Shown piece by piece: positions 48,695 through 57,417 of a stretch of DNA of 64,000 bases; the stretch's first letter is position 1, and every line of letters starts with the position of its first letter. The stretch is from NCBI GenBank assembly GCA_958421935.1, contig CATZMX010000001.1:8024-72023 (forward strand), given 5' to 3'. Below the pieces are notes generated by a model, which worked only from the letters and a program-made list of their open reading frames with translations, searched no databases and had not been told where the DNA came from. The position numbers and the translations under genes were made by a program. This stretch comes from an uncultured Erysipelotrichaceae bacterium. GTDB lineage: Bacteria > Bacillota_I > Bacilli_A > Erysipelotrichales > Coprobacillaceae.

Positions 48695-50103
48695 TGGATA
48701 ATTATTTAAAAGAGATTTATACATCATTATTTAAAAAATGGATTCTTTTTCATCAATATAAGTATTGTTCTATCAAGGAAGATGAAGAAAATAATATTGT
48801 TATTGAAGGAACAGAAGTTATTGGTCATATTAATTTTTATGATCAAGATATTGTTGAATATGTATTAGTTAATAAAAAGACAAAAGAAAATGAATTTTAT
48901 CTTCATTTCCAATTTCATAGTTTTCAACATGCTATTGAATTGTTTAATGAAATGATGCACTTAGTTAGACAAATCAATAAAACGTCATGTTTAAAAGTAT
49001 TACTTGTTTGTTCCGGAGGACTTACAACAGGATACTTTGCAGCAAAACTCACAGAAGCAGTAGACTTTTTACATCTCAATATGCAAGTAGATGCAAGAGG
49101 TTATCATGAAGTTTATCAAATCGCACAAGATTATGATATGGTTTTATTAGCTCCACAAGTATCTTATTTATACAGTGAAGTTAGAAAAATATTAAAAAAT
49201 CAAGTTGTATTAAAAATACCACCTACTATTTTTGGTAAATATGATGTAAGGGAATGTATTCGTTTAATTGAAAAAAATCAAGAAGAATTAAATAAAGAAC
49301 CTATAAAAAAAGAAGAACCTTTACACATTGCAAATTTAAAAAAGAGTGGCAAGAAAATATTATGTTTATCATTAATTAGAAACAGACATCGTGTTCATAT
49401 TTTATATCGTCTATATGATGAAAATAATGAAATATTAGAAAACAAAATCATTATCAAAAGAAGACTTTATTTACAAGATTATTATGATATTATTGATAGT
49501 ATGTTAGTACATTATCCTGATATTGAAGTTATTGGTTTATCAACACCAGGAATCATTGAAAAAGATAAAATTGTTTCAATAAGTGTTGAAGGTTTAGAAG
49601 AAATAGATATTCAAAGGGATTTTGTATCTAAGTACAAACAAAAATTTATTTTTGAAAATGAAGCAAATGCTGTTGCTGAAGGTTTTTATGCAGTGTCACC
49701 TGAATATGAAAATGTTTCCTTTATTTTTCAACCAATGATTACTTTAAGTGGGGTTGGAAATGTGGTTAATGGAAAATTAGTAAAAGGGGCACATCATATT
49801 TCTGGTGAAGTACAATATTTACCTTTAAATTACTCTAAGGATGTTTTGGAACTTCATAAAACACCAGAAGGGGCATTAGAAGCTTTAAGTAAAACGATTG
49901 CAGCGATTACAAGTATCATCGATCCGCAATGTATTGTTTTCTTTTGTTTCTTGATCATTGATATCGAAGATGTAAAACAAGAAGTAGAAGAATATATTCC
50001 TAAAGAATACCTTCCTGATATTATACAAGTTTATTATTTAGAGGAATATATGTTACTTGGAACATTGATATTATGTATTGAAGAGGTTAATGACAATGAT
50101 TAA
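48694..50103 (+). CDS. Fusion protein: unknown N-terminal domain + EIIB(Lac/Cel)-like domain + degenerate ROK-like (sugar-kinase/repressor fold) domain
   Basis: Residues about 96-195 (LKVLLVCSGGLTTGYFAAKL...MVLLAPQVSYL) form an EIIB type-3 fold with the Cys retained. Residues about 215-400 carry ROK motifs (IGLSTPGII, FENEANAVAEGFY, SGVGNVVNGKLVKGAHHISGEVQYLP), but the N-terminal phosphate-binding GG motif is missing and there is no HTH. Confidence 0.5.
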   Translation: MDNYLKEIYTSLFKKWILFHQYKYCSIKEDEENNIVIEGTEVIGHINFYDQDIVEYVLVNKKTKENEFYLHFQFHSFQHAIELFNEMMHLVRQINKTSCLKVLLVCSGGLTTGYFAAKLTEAVDFLHLNMQVDARGYHEVYQIAQDYDMVLLAPQVSYLYSEVRKILKNQVVLKIPPTIFGKYDVRECIRLIEKNQEELNKEPIKKEEPLHIANLKKSGKKILCLSLIRNRHRVHILYRLYDENNEILENKIIIKRRLYLQDYYDIIDSMLVHYPDIEVIGLSTPGIIEKDKIVSISVEGLEEIDIQRDFVSKYKQKFIFENEANAVAEGFYAVSPEYENVSFIFQPMITLSGVGNVVNGKLVKGAHHISGEVQYLPLNYSKDVLELHKTPEGALEALSKTIAAITSIIDPQCIVFFCFLIIDIEDVKQEVEEYIPKEYLPDIIQVYYLEEYMLLGTLILCIEEVNDND

Positions 50104-50956
50104 TATGTTTACCAAACTTGAAAATATTCAAAATGTGACAGAAAGTGAAAATAAAGTCGTTCAATATATTTTGACACATCCTGATAGTGTGATGACAATG
50201 TCAATCAAGGAACTTTCAGAAGCTTGTTATGTTTCAACATCAGCGATTTATCGTTTATGTGATAAGTTAGATGTCGATGGCTATAATGACTTTAAAATAC
50301 GTTTATCACATTCTTTAACTGAATATACAAAAAGAAAAGGAAACATAGATTATAATTTCCCATTTAAAGAAAACCAAACACAATATCAAGTTTTAAGTTC
50401 ACTCAAAGAAAATTACGAACAAACACTCCTATCAACGTTCGATTTATTTGAAACAGATGAAATACGAAAAGTTGTTTCTAGAATGCAAAAATCAAAAAAT
50501 ATAACCGTATATACATCTGCCAATAATATTTTCTTTGCCCAAAGTTTTAAAATGCAAATGCAGGAAATAGGGGTCCGTGTTGAAGTCCCTGTCGATGAAT
50601 ATGAACAACGTTTGCTAGCAACAACAAGTGGGCCTGATGATCTAGCAATCATTATTTCATATGAAGGTAGGTTAATTAATATTGATCTTATTTCCAATTT
50701 ATTAAAAATAAATAATACAGCGGTACTTTTGATATCATCTAGTGATTATCAAATAAAAAATATAATCCCTAATTATCGTATATTTATGCCATCTTATGAA
50801 CATAAATATGTAAAATTAGCTAATTTCTCTACAAGACTATCATTACTCTATATATTAGATGGATTATATAGTTGTTATTTTGAAACAGATTATAAAAATA
50901 ATTTAGAAAAAAGAATTAAATATGCACAACTATCTGGTGCAAGTAAAAACGAATAG
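50096..50956 (+). CDS. RpiR/MurR-family transcriptional regulator (HTH_6 + SIS domain)
   Basis: HTH region MSIKELSEACYVSTSAIYRLCDKL followed by a SIS domain. ATG at 50096, 9 nt after an AAGAGG RBS. Overlaps the upstream stop by 8 nt. Confidence 0.75.
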   Translation: MINMFTKLENIQNVTESENKVVQYILTHPDSVMTMSIKELSEACYVSTSAIYRLCDKLDVDGYNDFKIRLSHSLTEYTKRKGNIDYNFPFKENQTQYQVLSSLKENYEQTLLSTFDLFETDEIRKVVSRMQKSKNITVYTSANNIFFAQSFKMQMQEIGVRVEVPVDEYEQRLLATTSGPDDLAIIISYEGRLINIDLISNLLKINNTAVLLISSSDYQIKNIIPNYRIFMPSYEHKYVKLANFSTRLSLLYILDGLYSCYFETDYKNNLEKRIKYAQLSGASKNE

Positions 50957-50982
50957 GAGCTTTCGCTCCTATTTTTCATTAT
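50955..50982. terminator. Bidirectional terminator
   Basis: aggagc-tttc-gctcct hairpin flanked by A/T runs. Confidence 0.65.
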
Positions 50983-52162
50983 AAATCATTTCACAAACTT
51001 TATTTATTCTTTCTTGATCATTATGAATAGGTGGTAACCAATGCTTAGATTTAAAATCATCTAAAATAGCAGGAACCATCTTAGAAGTAAATTCTTTTAA
51101 ATTATCTGCAATATGTTTTTCTTTAAAAGTATCTTGTAAATTTTTAATTCCTAAATTTCTATAAAAATGAACAAGATAATCAGCAACATCATCAGCTATT
51201 TCTTGAGGATCATCTTTTAAATCTAAATCCATTAATAAAGCTAAATCTTTAATTTGATTTGAAGCACTTAAAGCAAAATGACGAATAACTGTTGGTAAAA
51301 CAAGAGCACAAGCATGCCCATGAACAAGATGATAAAGACTACCTAAAGCATGTGCTACAGCATGACCATTAGGAATTCCTCCGTTAGCAAGACTGTTATG
51401 AGAGGCCCAAGAAAGTTGTTCTCTTGCTTCTAAATTATTGGGCTCTTTAACCGCAATAGGAAGCCATTTCAATACTTTTTCAATACACTTTAACATCATG
51501 ATATTGGTATATTCATTTGAAACAGTTCCTACTAAGTTTTCAGTAGCATGACTTAATGCATCTAGTCCACCATAAATTGTAGGATTTTGAGGCATACCTA
51601 CAGTAAATAAAGGATCAATGATGGCACAATCTGCTTGAATATGACGATTACCAAAACTGAATTTTAAATGATGAATAGTACTTGTAATAACAGCACTGGC
51701 CGTTGTTTCAGCACTTGAACCTGAAGTTGTAGGAATTAAAATAAGAGGACAAGGACGTATCCAGCTTTCTTTCATTTTCGTTCCTGTTTTTCCATATTCA
51801 TGTAAATCATTAATTTTTTCATCGATTCCAGCAATTAAACTGGCTGCTTTAGCAGCATCCATTGGACTTCCTCCACCTAGACCAATAATACAATCAGGTT
51901 GATATTCTTTAATTTTACCAGCAATTTCTATACATAAAATATCCGTTGGTTCAGGAGTGACTTGATCAAAAATTTCATATTCAATATGATGATCATTTAA
52001 ATCTTGTAATAATTCTTTTGATAATGAATGATGAATAATATGACTTCCTGAAATAATAAAACATTTCTTTGTTTGATAATATTGTAATTCATTAATCGTT
52101 TGTTTTATACTTTCATTTCCCCAAATAATATTAGGAAGTTTATTTTTTGTATAATTTCTCAT
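50969..52162 (-). CDS. Iron-containing (group III) alcohol dehydrogenase
   Basis: GLGGGSPMDAAKA NAD-binding motif and His-rich metal site (HATEN..., HGHACA). Confidence 0.8.
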   Translation of the reverse strand: MRNYTKNKLPNIIWGNESIKQTINELQYYQTKKCFIISGSHIIHHSLSKELLQDLNDHHIEYEIFDQVTPEPTDILCIEIAGKIKEYQPDCIIGLGGGSPMDAAKAASLIAGIDEKINDLHEYGKTGTKMKESWIRPCPLILIPTTSGSSAETTASAVITSTIHHLKFSFGNRHIQADCAIIDPLFTVGMPQNPTIYGGLDALSHATENLVGTVSNEYTNIMMLKCIEKVLKWLPIAVKEPNNLEAREQLSWASHNSLANGGIPNGHAVAHALGSLYHLVHGHACALVLPTVIRHFALSASNQIKDLALLMDLDLKDDPQEIADDVADYLVHFYRNLGIKNLQDTFKEKHIADNLKEFTSKMVPAILDDFKSKHWLPPIHNDQERINKVCEMIYNEK

Positions 52163-52172
52163 ATAAATCTCC

Positions 52173-53027
52173 TTATAAATTAAATTTAAAAGCGATATCT
52201 AAAAAATGATTTACTTTTTGAGCAGTATCACGTTCATGGAAACATGTATGTCCTTGATCTAATTTTTCTATTTCTAACATATCTTCTGTAGAAAGTTCAA
52301 AATCAAAAATATTTAAATTTTCTTTTATACGTGTAGGTTTTGTTGACTTAACAACAGGGATAATATTTCTTTGATAAAGCCAACGTAAAGTTACTTGAGC
52401 AATTGATTTTTGATATTTATCACCAATCTTCTTTAAAGTTTCATTTTTTAAAATATTTTCTTTACCTGAAGCTAAAGGTGACCATGCCATCATTTGAATA
52501 TCATTTTCTTGAAGATAGTGTAAATCATCTTCTCTTTGATACATTGGATTACATTCCACCATATTGATCATTGGTTTAATCTCATTAAAACGTAAAAAAT
52601 CAGCTAAACGATCTTGTTTAAAATTATCAACACCAATTGCTCTTACTTTACCTTCTTGATAAAGTTCACACATGGCGCGCCAAGCACCATAGTAATCATT
52701 ATAAGGTTGATGAATTAAATAGAGATCAATATAATCCAAACCTAATTTATTTAATGAACGATTAAAAGCTTCTTTGACTTTTTCATAACTTGTATCAGTG
52801 ACCCATAATTTAGTTGTAATAAATAATTCTTCACGAGCCACACCACATCTTTTAATAGCACGACCTACAGCCTCTTCATTTTCATAGGCAGCAGCTGTAT
52901 CAATTAAACGATAACCACTTTGAATGGCTTGAACAACACATTCTTCACATAACTCTTGATCAGTAATTTGATAAACGCCATAGCCAATAGCAGGCATAGA
53001 GATTTGATTATATAATGTTCTTTCCAT
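52173..53027 (-). CDS. Aldo/keto reductase (third YvgN-like paralog)
   Basis: GYGVYQI...GYRLIDTAAAYENE...LYLIHQP...VVKSTKPTRIKENLNIFDFEL. Confidence 0.85.
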   Translation of the reverse strand: MERTLYNQISMPAIGYGVYQITDQELCEECVVQAIQSGYRLIDTAAAYENEEAVGRAIKRCGVAREELFITTKLWVTDTSYEKVKEAFNRSLNKLGLDYIDLYLIHQPYNDYYGAWRAMCELYQEGKVRAIGVDNFKQDRLADFLRFNEIKPMINMVECNPMYQREDDLHYLQENDIQMMAWSPLASGKENILKNETLKKIGDKYQKSIAQVTLRWLYQRNIIPVVKSTKPTRIKENLNIFDFELSTEDMLEIEKLDQGHTCFHERDTAQKVNHFLDIAFKFNL

Positions 53028-53166
53028 AAATAAGCTCCTTTACAATTTATTTTTCACCTATATTAAAAATCAAATCATAAATAATATCCAATATCTATTA
53101 ACTATTGTTTATCATAGTTTACAAGAATGATAGTGAATGTTAAAATTTTATCAGGGGGAGATACAG

Positions 53167-54051
53167 ATGGAAATAAGAGTATTACGTTATTATTTAGCTG
53201 TCGCTAGAGAATTAAATATTACACGTGCAGCAGAAAGTTTACACATTTCACAACCTTCACTTTCTAAACAAATGATGGATTTAGAAGATCAAATCGGTAA
53301 AAAACTTTTTATTCGTGGAAAGAGAAAGATAGAACTTACAGAAGATGGTGTTTTATTAAAAAAGCGTGCAGAAGAAATCGTTGAATTAGTTCAAAAAACA
53401 GTAGATGAAATGTCACAAAATACTCATGTTCTATCAGGTGATCTTTATCTAGGTGGAACAACAACGAAAAAGATTTTAAAAGAAACAGCAATGCTCATTG
53501 AAAAATACCCTAATATTCAATTACATTTTTATAGTAATGATGCTGTTGATATTAGTGAAAGATTACAACATGGTTTATTAGATTTTGCAGTGATGTTAGA
53601 ACCTATTGATACAACAAAATTTAATTATCTTTCTTTAAATGATAAAACAAAATGGGGTGTTTTAATGAAAAAAGAAAGTCCTTATTCTAAATTAGATACA
53701 ATAACACCTCAAGAATTAAAAACAATGCCACTTATTTTACATCAACGTTTAGGTCTTCAAGAAAGATTAGCACACTGGGCACAAATTGATTTAAAAGATT
53801 TAAAAGTTCAAGCAACATATAATGTTATCAATAGATCAAATCTAGAATTAGTAAGAAATAATTTAGGTTATTTACTAGCAACAGATGATCATCTTACTAA
53901 AACTTTAGATGAAGATATTTGTTTTAAGTATTTAGAACCAACATTAGAAGAATCATATGCTTTGGTATGGAAAAAAGAAGCAACCTTCAGCAGAGTAGCA
54001 AGAGCTTTTTATGAACAAATAAAGGAAAATAAAAATGGAAAATCCGTATAA
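53167..54051 (+). CDS. LysR-family transcriptional regulator
   Basis: HTH region MEIRVLRYYLAVARELNITRAAESLHISQPSLSKQM. Divergent from the AKR/ADH pair. Confidence 0.8.
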   Translation: MEIRVLRYYLAVARELNITRAAESLHISQPSLSKQMMDLEDQIGKKLFIRGKRKIELTEDGVLLKKRAEEIVELVQKTVDEMSQNTHVLSGDLYLGGTTTKKILKETAMLIEKYPNIQLHFYSNDAVDISERLQHGLLDFAVMLEPIDTTKFNYLSLNDKTKWGVLMKKESPYSKLDTITPQELKTMPLILHQRLGLQERLAHWAQIDLKDLKVQATYNVINRSNLELVRNNLGYLLATDDHLTKTLDEDICFKYLEPTLEESYALVWKKEATFSRVARAFYEQIKENKNGKSV

Positions 54052-54601
54052 AGAAATCCTTGATATTCAAAAACAACATTTAACAGCTTCTCAAATGTCT
54101 ATGCAAAATGCTTTGCTTAATCTTTCTAAAAGCAAGAAAATATATGAAGTGAGTGTAAAAGAATTATGTAAAAAGGCATCTGTCGCAAGAAGTACATTTT
54201 ATGCTTATTATCAAAATATAGATGATCTACTTGTTGATATTGAAAATCAAATTTTGTACATTTTAATTCAAAATAATGAAAAAATTATGAAAAGGGAATA
54301 TCAATCAAAAGAAGACTTTCTTTTTTATAAAGAAACAATTCAATTTGTAGAAGAAAATAAAAAGATATTTAAACTATTTCTAATAGAACAACCCAATTAC
54401 CGTTTTATAAAAAAATGGAAGCAAGCTATTAAATATCATCTTTTTCAAAGAAAAGATTATGATTCAAAGAATGATTTTATGCTTGAAGTTATTGCTTCTG
54501 CCACAATATCAGCATATTCCTATTGGTTAGAAAATCCTAAAAATATAAATTACGAGGAAATAAGTGAAATTATTTCTAAAGTTCTTGTTACTTTTAATTA
54601 G
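54035..54601 (+). CDS. TetR-like small transcriptional regulator
   Basis: HTH-like stretch VSVKELCKKASVARSTFYAYYQNIDDLL. The assignment is weak. Confidence 0.45.
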   Translation: MENPYKEILDIQKQHLTASQMSMQNALLNLSKSKKIYEVSVKELCKKASVARSTFYAYYQNIDDLLVDIENQILYILIQNNEKIMKREYQSKEDFLFYKETIQFVEENKKIFKLFLIEQPNYRFIKKWKQAIKYHLFQRKDYDSKNDFMLEVIASATISAYSYWLENPKNINYEEISEIISKVLVTFN

Positions 54602-54698
54602 TCATCTTTGATGACTTTTTTTGTACACTTTTTATAAAAGTGTCGTCTAATAAATAGAAGAAAACATTTAGAATTTTATTTGAAAGAAGGAATGGATT

Positions 54699-55469
54699 AT
54701 GAGTTATGCATTAATTACTGGTGCCTCAAGTGGAATAGGACAAGAATTAGCGAAAGAATTTATTAGAAATTATGATTTGATTTTAGTAGCAAGAAATAAG
54801 GAAAAATTAGATCAATTAAAAAAAGAATTAGAAGAAAAGTATTCTCGAAAAGTTATTGTTTATCAAAAAGATTTATCTCAAAAAAATGCTGCAAAAGAAA
54901 TTAATGACTGGTTGCTTAAAGAAAATTTAGTGGTTTCGGTTCTTGTGAATAATGCTGGATTTGGCAGACAAGGAAGTTTTATAGAAATAGATTTGAAAAG
55001 TCAGGAAGAACTGATGCAATTGAATATGGTAACACTTGTTGAGTTAACATATTATCTTGCTAAACAAATGAAAGAAAGAGGTCAAGGTAGAATTTTAAAT
55101 ATAGCTTCTGTTGCTGCATTTTCTTCAGGGCCTTATATGTCGTTGTATTATGCAAGTAAAGCTTTTGTTTTATCTTTTTCACAAGCTATAAATAAGGAGT
55201 TGGAAGATACAGGTGTAACCGTAACTGTCATGTGTCCTGGTCCAACGATAACAGGATTTGAAAAGAATGCGAATATGAAGCAAGCAAAGATGTTTCATTT
55301 ATTTCCTCAAACGGCTAAAAGTGTTGCTAAGGCAGGATATAAGGCAACAATGAAAGGCAAAAGTCTTCAGTATCATGGAATTGTTACTTATAGTTATAAT
55401 ATTCTGGCGAGAATTTTACCAAGAAAATTAGTAAATCAAATGGCTTATAAAATAGATAAAGGAGAGTAA
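54699..55469 (+). CDS. SDR-family oxidoreductase
   Basis: TGASSGIG NAD(P)-binding motif and a YxxxK catalytic motif (YYASKAF). Confidence 0.85.
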   Translation: MSYALITGASSGIGQELAKEFIRNYDLILVARNKEKLDQLKKELEEKYSRKVIVYQKDLSQKNAAKEINDWLLKENLVVSVLVNNAGFGRQGSFIEIDLKSQEELMQLNMVTLVELTYYLAKQMKERGQGRILNIASVAAFSSGPYMSLYYASKAFVLSFSQAINKELEDTGVTVTVMCPGPTITGFEKNANMKQAKMFHLFPQTAKSVAKAGYKATMKGKSLQYHGIVTYSYNILARILPRKLVNQMAYKIDKGE

Positions 55470-55470
55470 A

Positions 55471-55785
55471 ATGGTTAAGATAGGTATATTATTTATAATT
55501 ATTTTATTTATGATGAAATTAGTAAATGATGAAGAAATAAAAAAATATTTTTTATATGGACATATAGGATTGGGATGTTTATTGATTGTTTATGGAATTA
55601 TGCATGGGATGCATTATTTTTTAACTGCAAGTATTATGAAAAAAATAAGTGGAATTTTAATATTGATTGTATTATTAAGTGAAATACTGTTAGGTATTTT
55701 TGTTATGAAAGGCAAAGGAAGAAAAATTCATAGACTGCTGGGGATTACTTTAATTTGTTTTATAGTTTTACATGTAATTGGATAG
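55471..55785 (+). CDS. Small hypothetical membrane protein (3 TM)
   Basis: 104 aa, hydrophobic, coupled between the SDR and MBL genes. Confidence 0.4.
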   Translation: MVKIGILFIIILFMMKLVNDEEIKKYFLYGHIGLGCLLIVYGIMHGMHYFLTASIMKKISGILILIVLLSEILLGIFVMKGKGRKIHRLLGITLICFIVLHVIG

Positions 55786-55795
55786 GAGATATTTT

Positions 55796-56635
55796 ATGGA
55801 TAAAAAAATCAAAATACATATATTTGAAGTAGGAAAGGTATGTGTAAGTCCAGCACTTCCTTTTGGTGGTCAGAATTGTTCTTTAATCAAAGCATCAGGA
55901 ATTTTTACAAGGAAATCAAAAAGAATGTGGTTACCTGTATCTTCTTATTTGATAGAACATCCTAAAGGAAAGATTTTAGTGGATTGTGGATGGGATAGAA
56001 GTATGTCACCTTGTAGAATATATGATCGCCATGCTCAAATAAAATCATTGGGGTCACCAATATTATATTTTGTAAATCAGGGAGTTGTAGATAAAACAAT
56101 TGATGAGTATTTAAAAGATATGAATATAAAAACAAGTGACTTAGATTATGTTTTATTAACACATTTAGATTGTGATCATGCAAATGGATTAAATCAAGTG
56201 AAGGATGCAAAAAGAATAATGACTGCAAAAGATGAAATGAATTTTGCTTTAAAGCATTCATTTGTTCGTTATCAGAAAAAATGGTGGAAAGATATAAATA
56301 TTCATTTATTTGATTGGAAAGATCAAGCAGGTCCCTTTTTAAAATCTTATGATTTATTTAATGATCATAGTATAGAATTAATAAATATTCCAGGTCATAG
56401 TGATGGACTATTTGCTGTAAAGATTACTAATGATGAAGGGAAGTATGTCTTATTATATTCTGATGGTGGTTATGCGAGAAAATCATGGGAGAAACTTATT
56501 CCCTCAGGTGTGGCAGCTAATAGAAAAGATCAAATGAAGTCTTTAAAATGGATTAAGGAAATGAGTGAAAACGACTTATGTGTAGCATCATTAGCTAATC
56601 ATGAAAAGACAAATCAAAAAATAATTGTTATATAA
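55796..56635 (+). CDS. MBL-fold metallo-hydrolase (lactonase-like)
   Basis: LLTHLDCDHANGL (HxHxDH) motif. Start at the ATG at 55796 after an AGGAG RBS. Confidence 0.75.
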   Translation: MDKKIKIHIFEVGKVCVSPALPFGGQNCSLIKASGIFTRKSKRMWLPVSSYLIEHPKGKILVDCGWDRSMSPCRIYDRHAQIKSLGSPILYFVNQGVVDKTIDEYLKDMNIKTSDLDYVLLTHLDCDHANGLNQVKDAKRIMTAKDEMNFALKHSFVRYQKKWWKDINIHLFDWKDQAGPFLKSYDLFNDHSIELINIPGHSDGLFAVKITNDEGKYVLLYSDGGYARKSWEKLIPSGVAANRKDQMKSLKWIKEMSENDLCVASLANHEKTNQKIIVI

Positions 56636-56662
56636 AAAGATAGAAATTAATCTATCTTTTCA
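56636..56662. terminator. Bidirectional terminator
   Basis: agatag-aaattaa-tctatct hairpin. Confidence 0.6.
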
Positions 56663-57264
56663 TTAATAAGTAAACGGATTGTTTTATAGAGATGAGGTTT
56701 AAATTCATCTATTGGAAGTGGTTGTTTTTCAACAATTGAAGTAAAAACAGTTGAACTGACAAGTTCAATAATCATAAATAAAGTCATTTCAGGATATTCT
56801 AAAGGAATATCCTTTTCTTTTACTTCTCTTACAAATAATTCCTTAATTCCTAATTCTTCACTGTCTAATAAATCAGTTAATTTTTCACTATAAAGTCCTA
56901 AAGACAAGTTCTTTTGAATAAACTTAAGAATGTTAGGACGATCAATTAATTCATTAATAATAGAATCAATAATAAAAACAATTTTATCATCTAAACGATC
57001 AAAGTGATGTTGATTGGCTTTTTTACAAGCATTTGCAAAAAATTCATGAGAAGTCTTTGCAAGTAAAACATCTTGAAGTTCATATTTATCTTTAAAATAC
57101 AAATAAAAAGTTCCTTTAGCAATTCCTGCTTCATGAACAATATCTTGAATAGATGTTTTTTTAATTCCTTTTTCAGTAAATAAATGTAAAGCGGTATTTA
57201 AAAGCTTACGTTCTTTTTCTTGTTTATTATCATTTATCTTTGATTTTATATCTTGAATTGCCAT
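56647..57264 (-). CDS. TetR/AcrR-family transcriptional regulator
   Basis: HTH region LLNTALHLFTEKGIKKTSIQDIVHEAGIAKGTFYLYFKDK. Start at MAIQDIK (ATG complement at 57264). Confidence 0.8.
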   Translation of the reverse strand: MAIQDIKSKINDNKQEKERKLLNTALHLFTEKGIKKTSIQDIVHEAGIAKGTFYLYFKDKYELQDVLLAKTSHEFFANACKKANQHHFDRLDDKIVFIIDSIINELIDRPNILKFIQKNLSLGLYSEKLTDLLDSEELGIKELFVREVKEKDIPLEYPEMTLFMIIELVSSTVFTSIVEKQPLPIDEFKPHLYKTIRLLINEKID

Positions 57265-57331
57265 TTTAACACATCCTTTTAGAAATATTTTATGTTCTAA
57301 AATTTGAAAAGTCAAATAAAAATATAAAAAA

Positions 57332-57401
57332 ATGACTTTTAGTCATGTATATATTGACCGATGGTCATTTTAGTGCTACTATCATAACTGACCAAAGGTC
57401 A
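57332..57401. promoter_or_regulatory. Array of three palindromic operators in the TetR/MMPL divergent intergenic region
   Basis: ATGACT-TTT-AGTCAT at 57332-57346, TGACC-GAT-GGTCA at 57355-57367, and TGACC-AAA-GGTCA at 57389-57401. All share a TGAC-N-GTCA core. Confidence 0.6.
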
Positions 57402-57417
57402 TTTAGGAGGGTGAACT

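Noticed and set aside
48694-50103. Possibility that the EIIB-ROK-like fusion is an artefact of a frameshift joining two genes
   Set aside because: The reading frame is continuous for 469 codons with no internal RBS or start-like context at the domain junction, so I report it as a single ORF. Flagged for verification in the findings.
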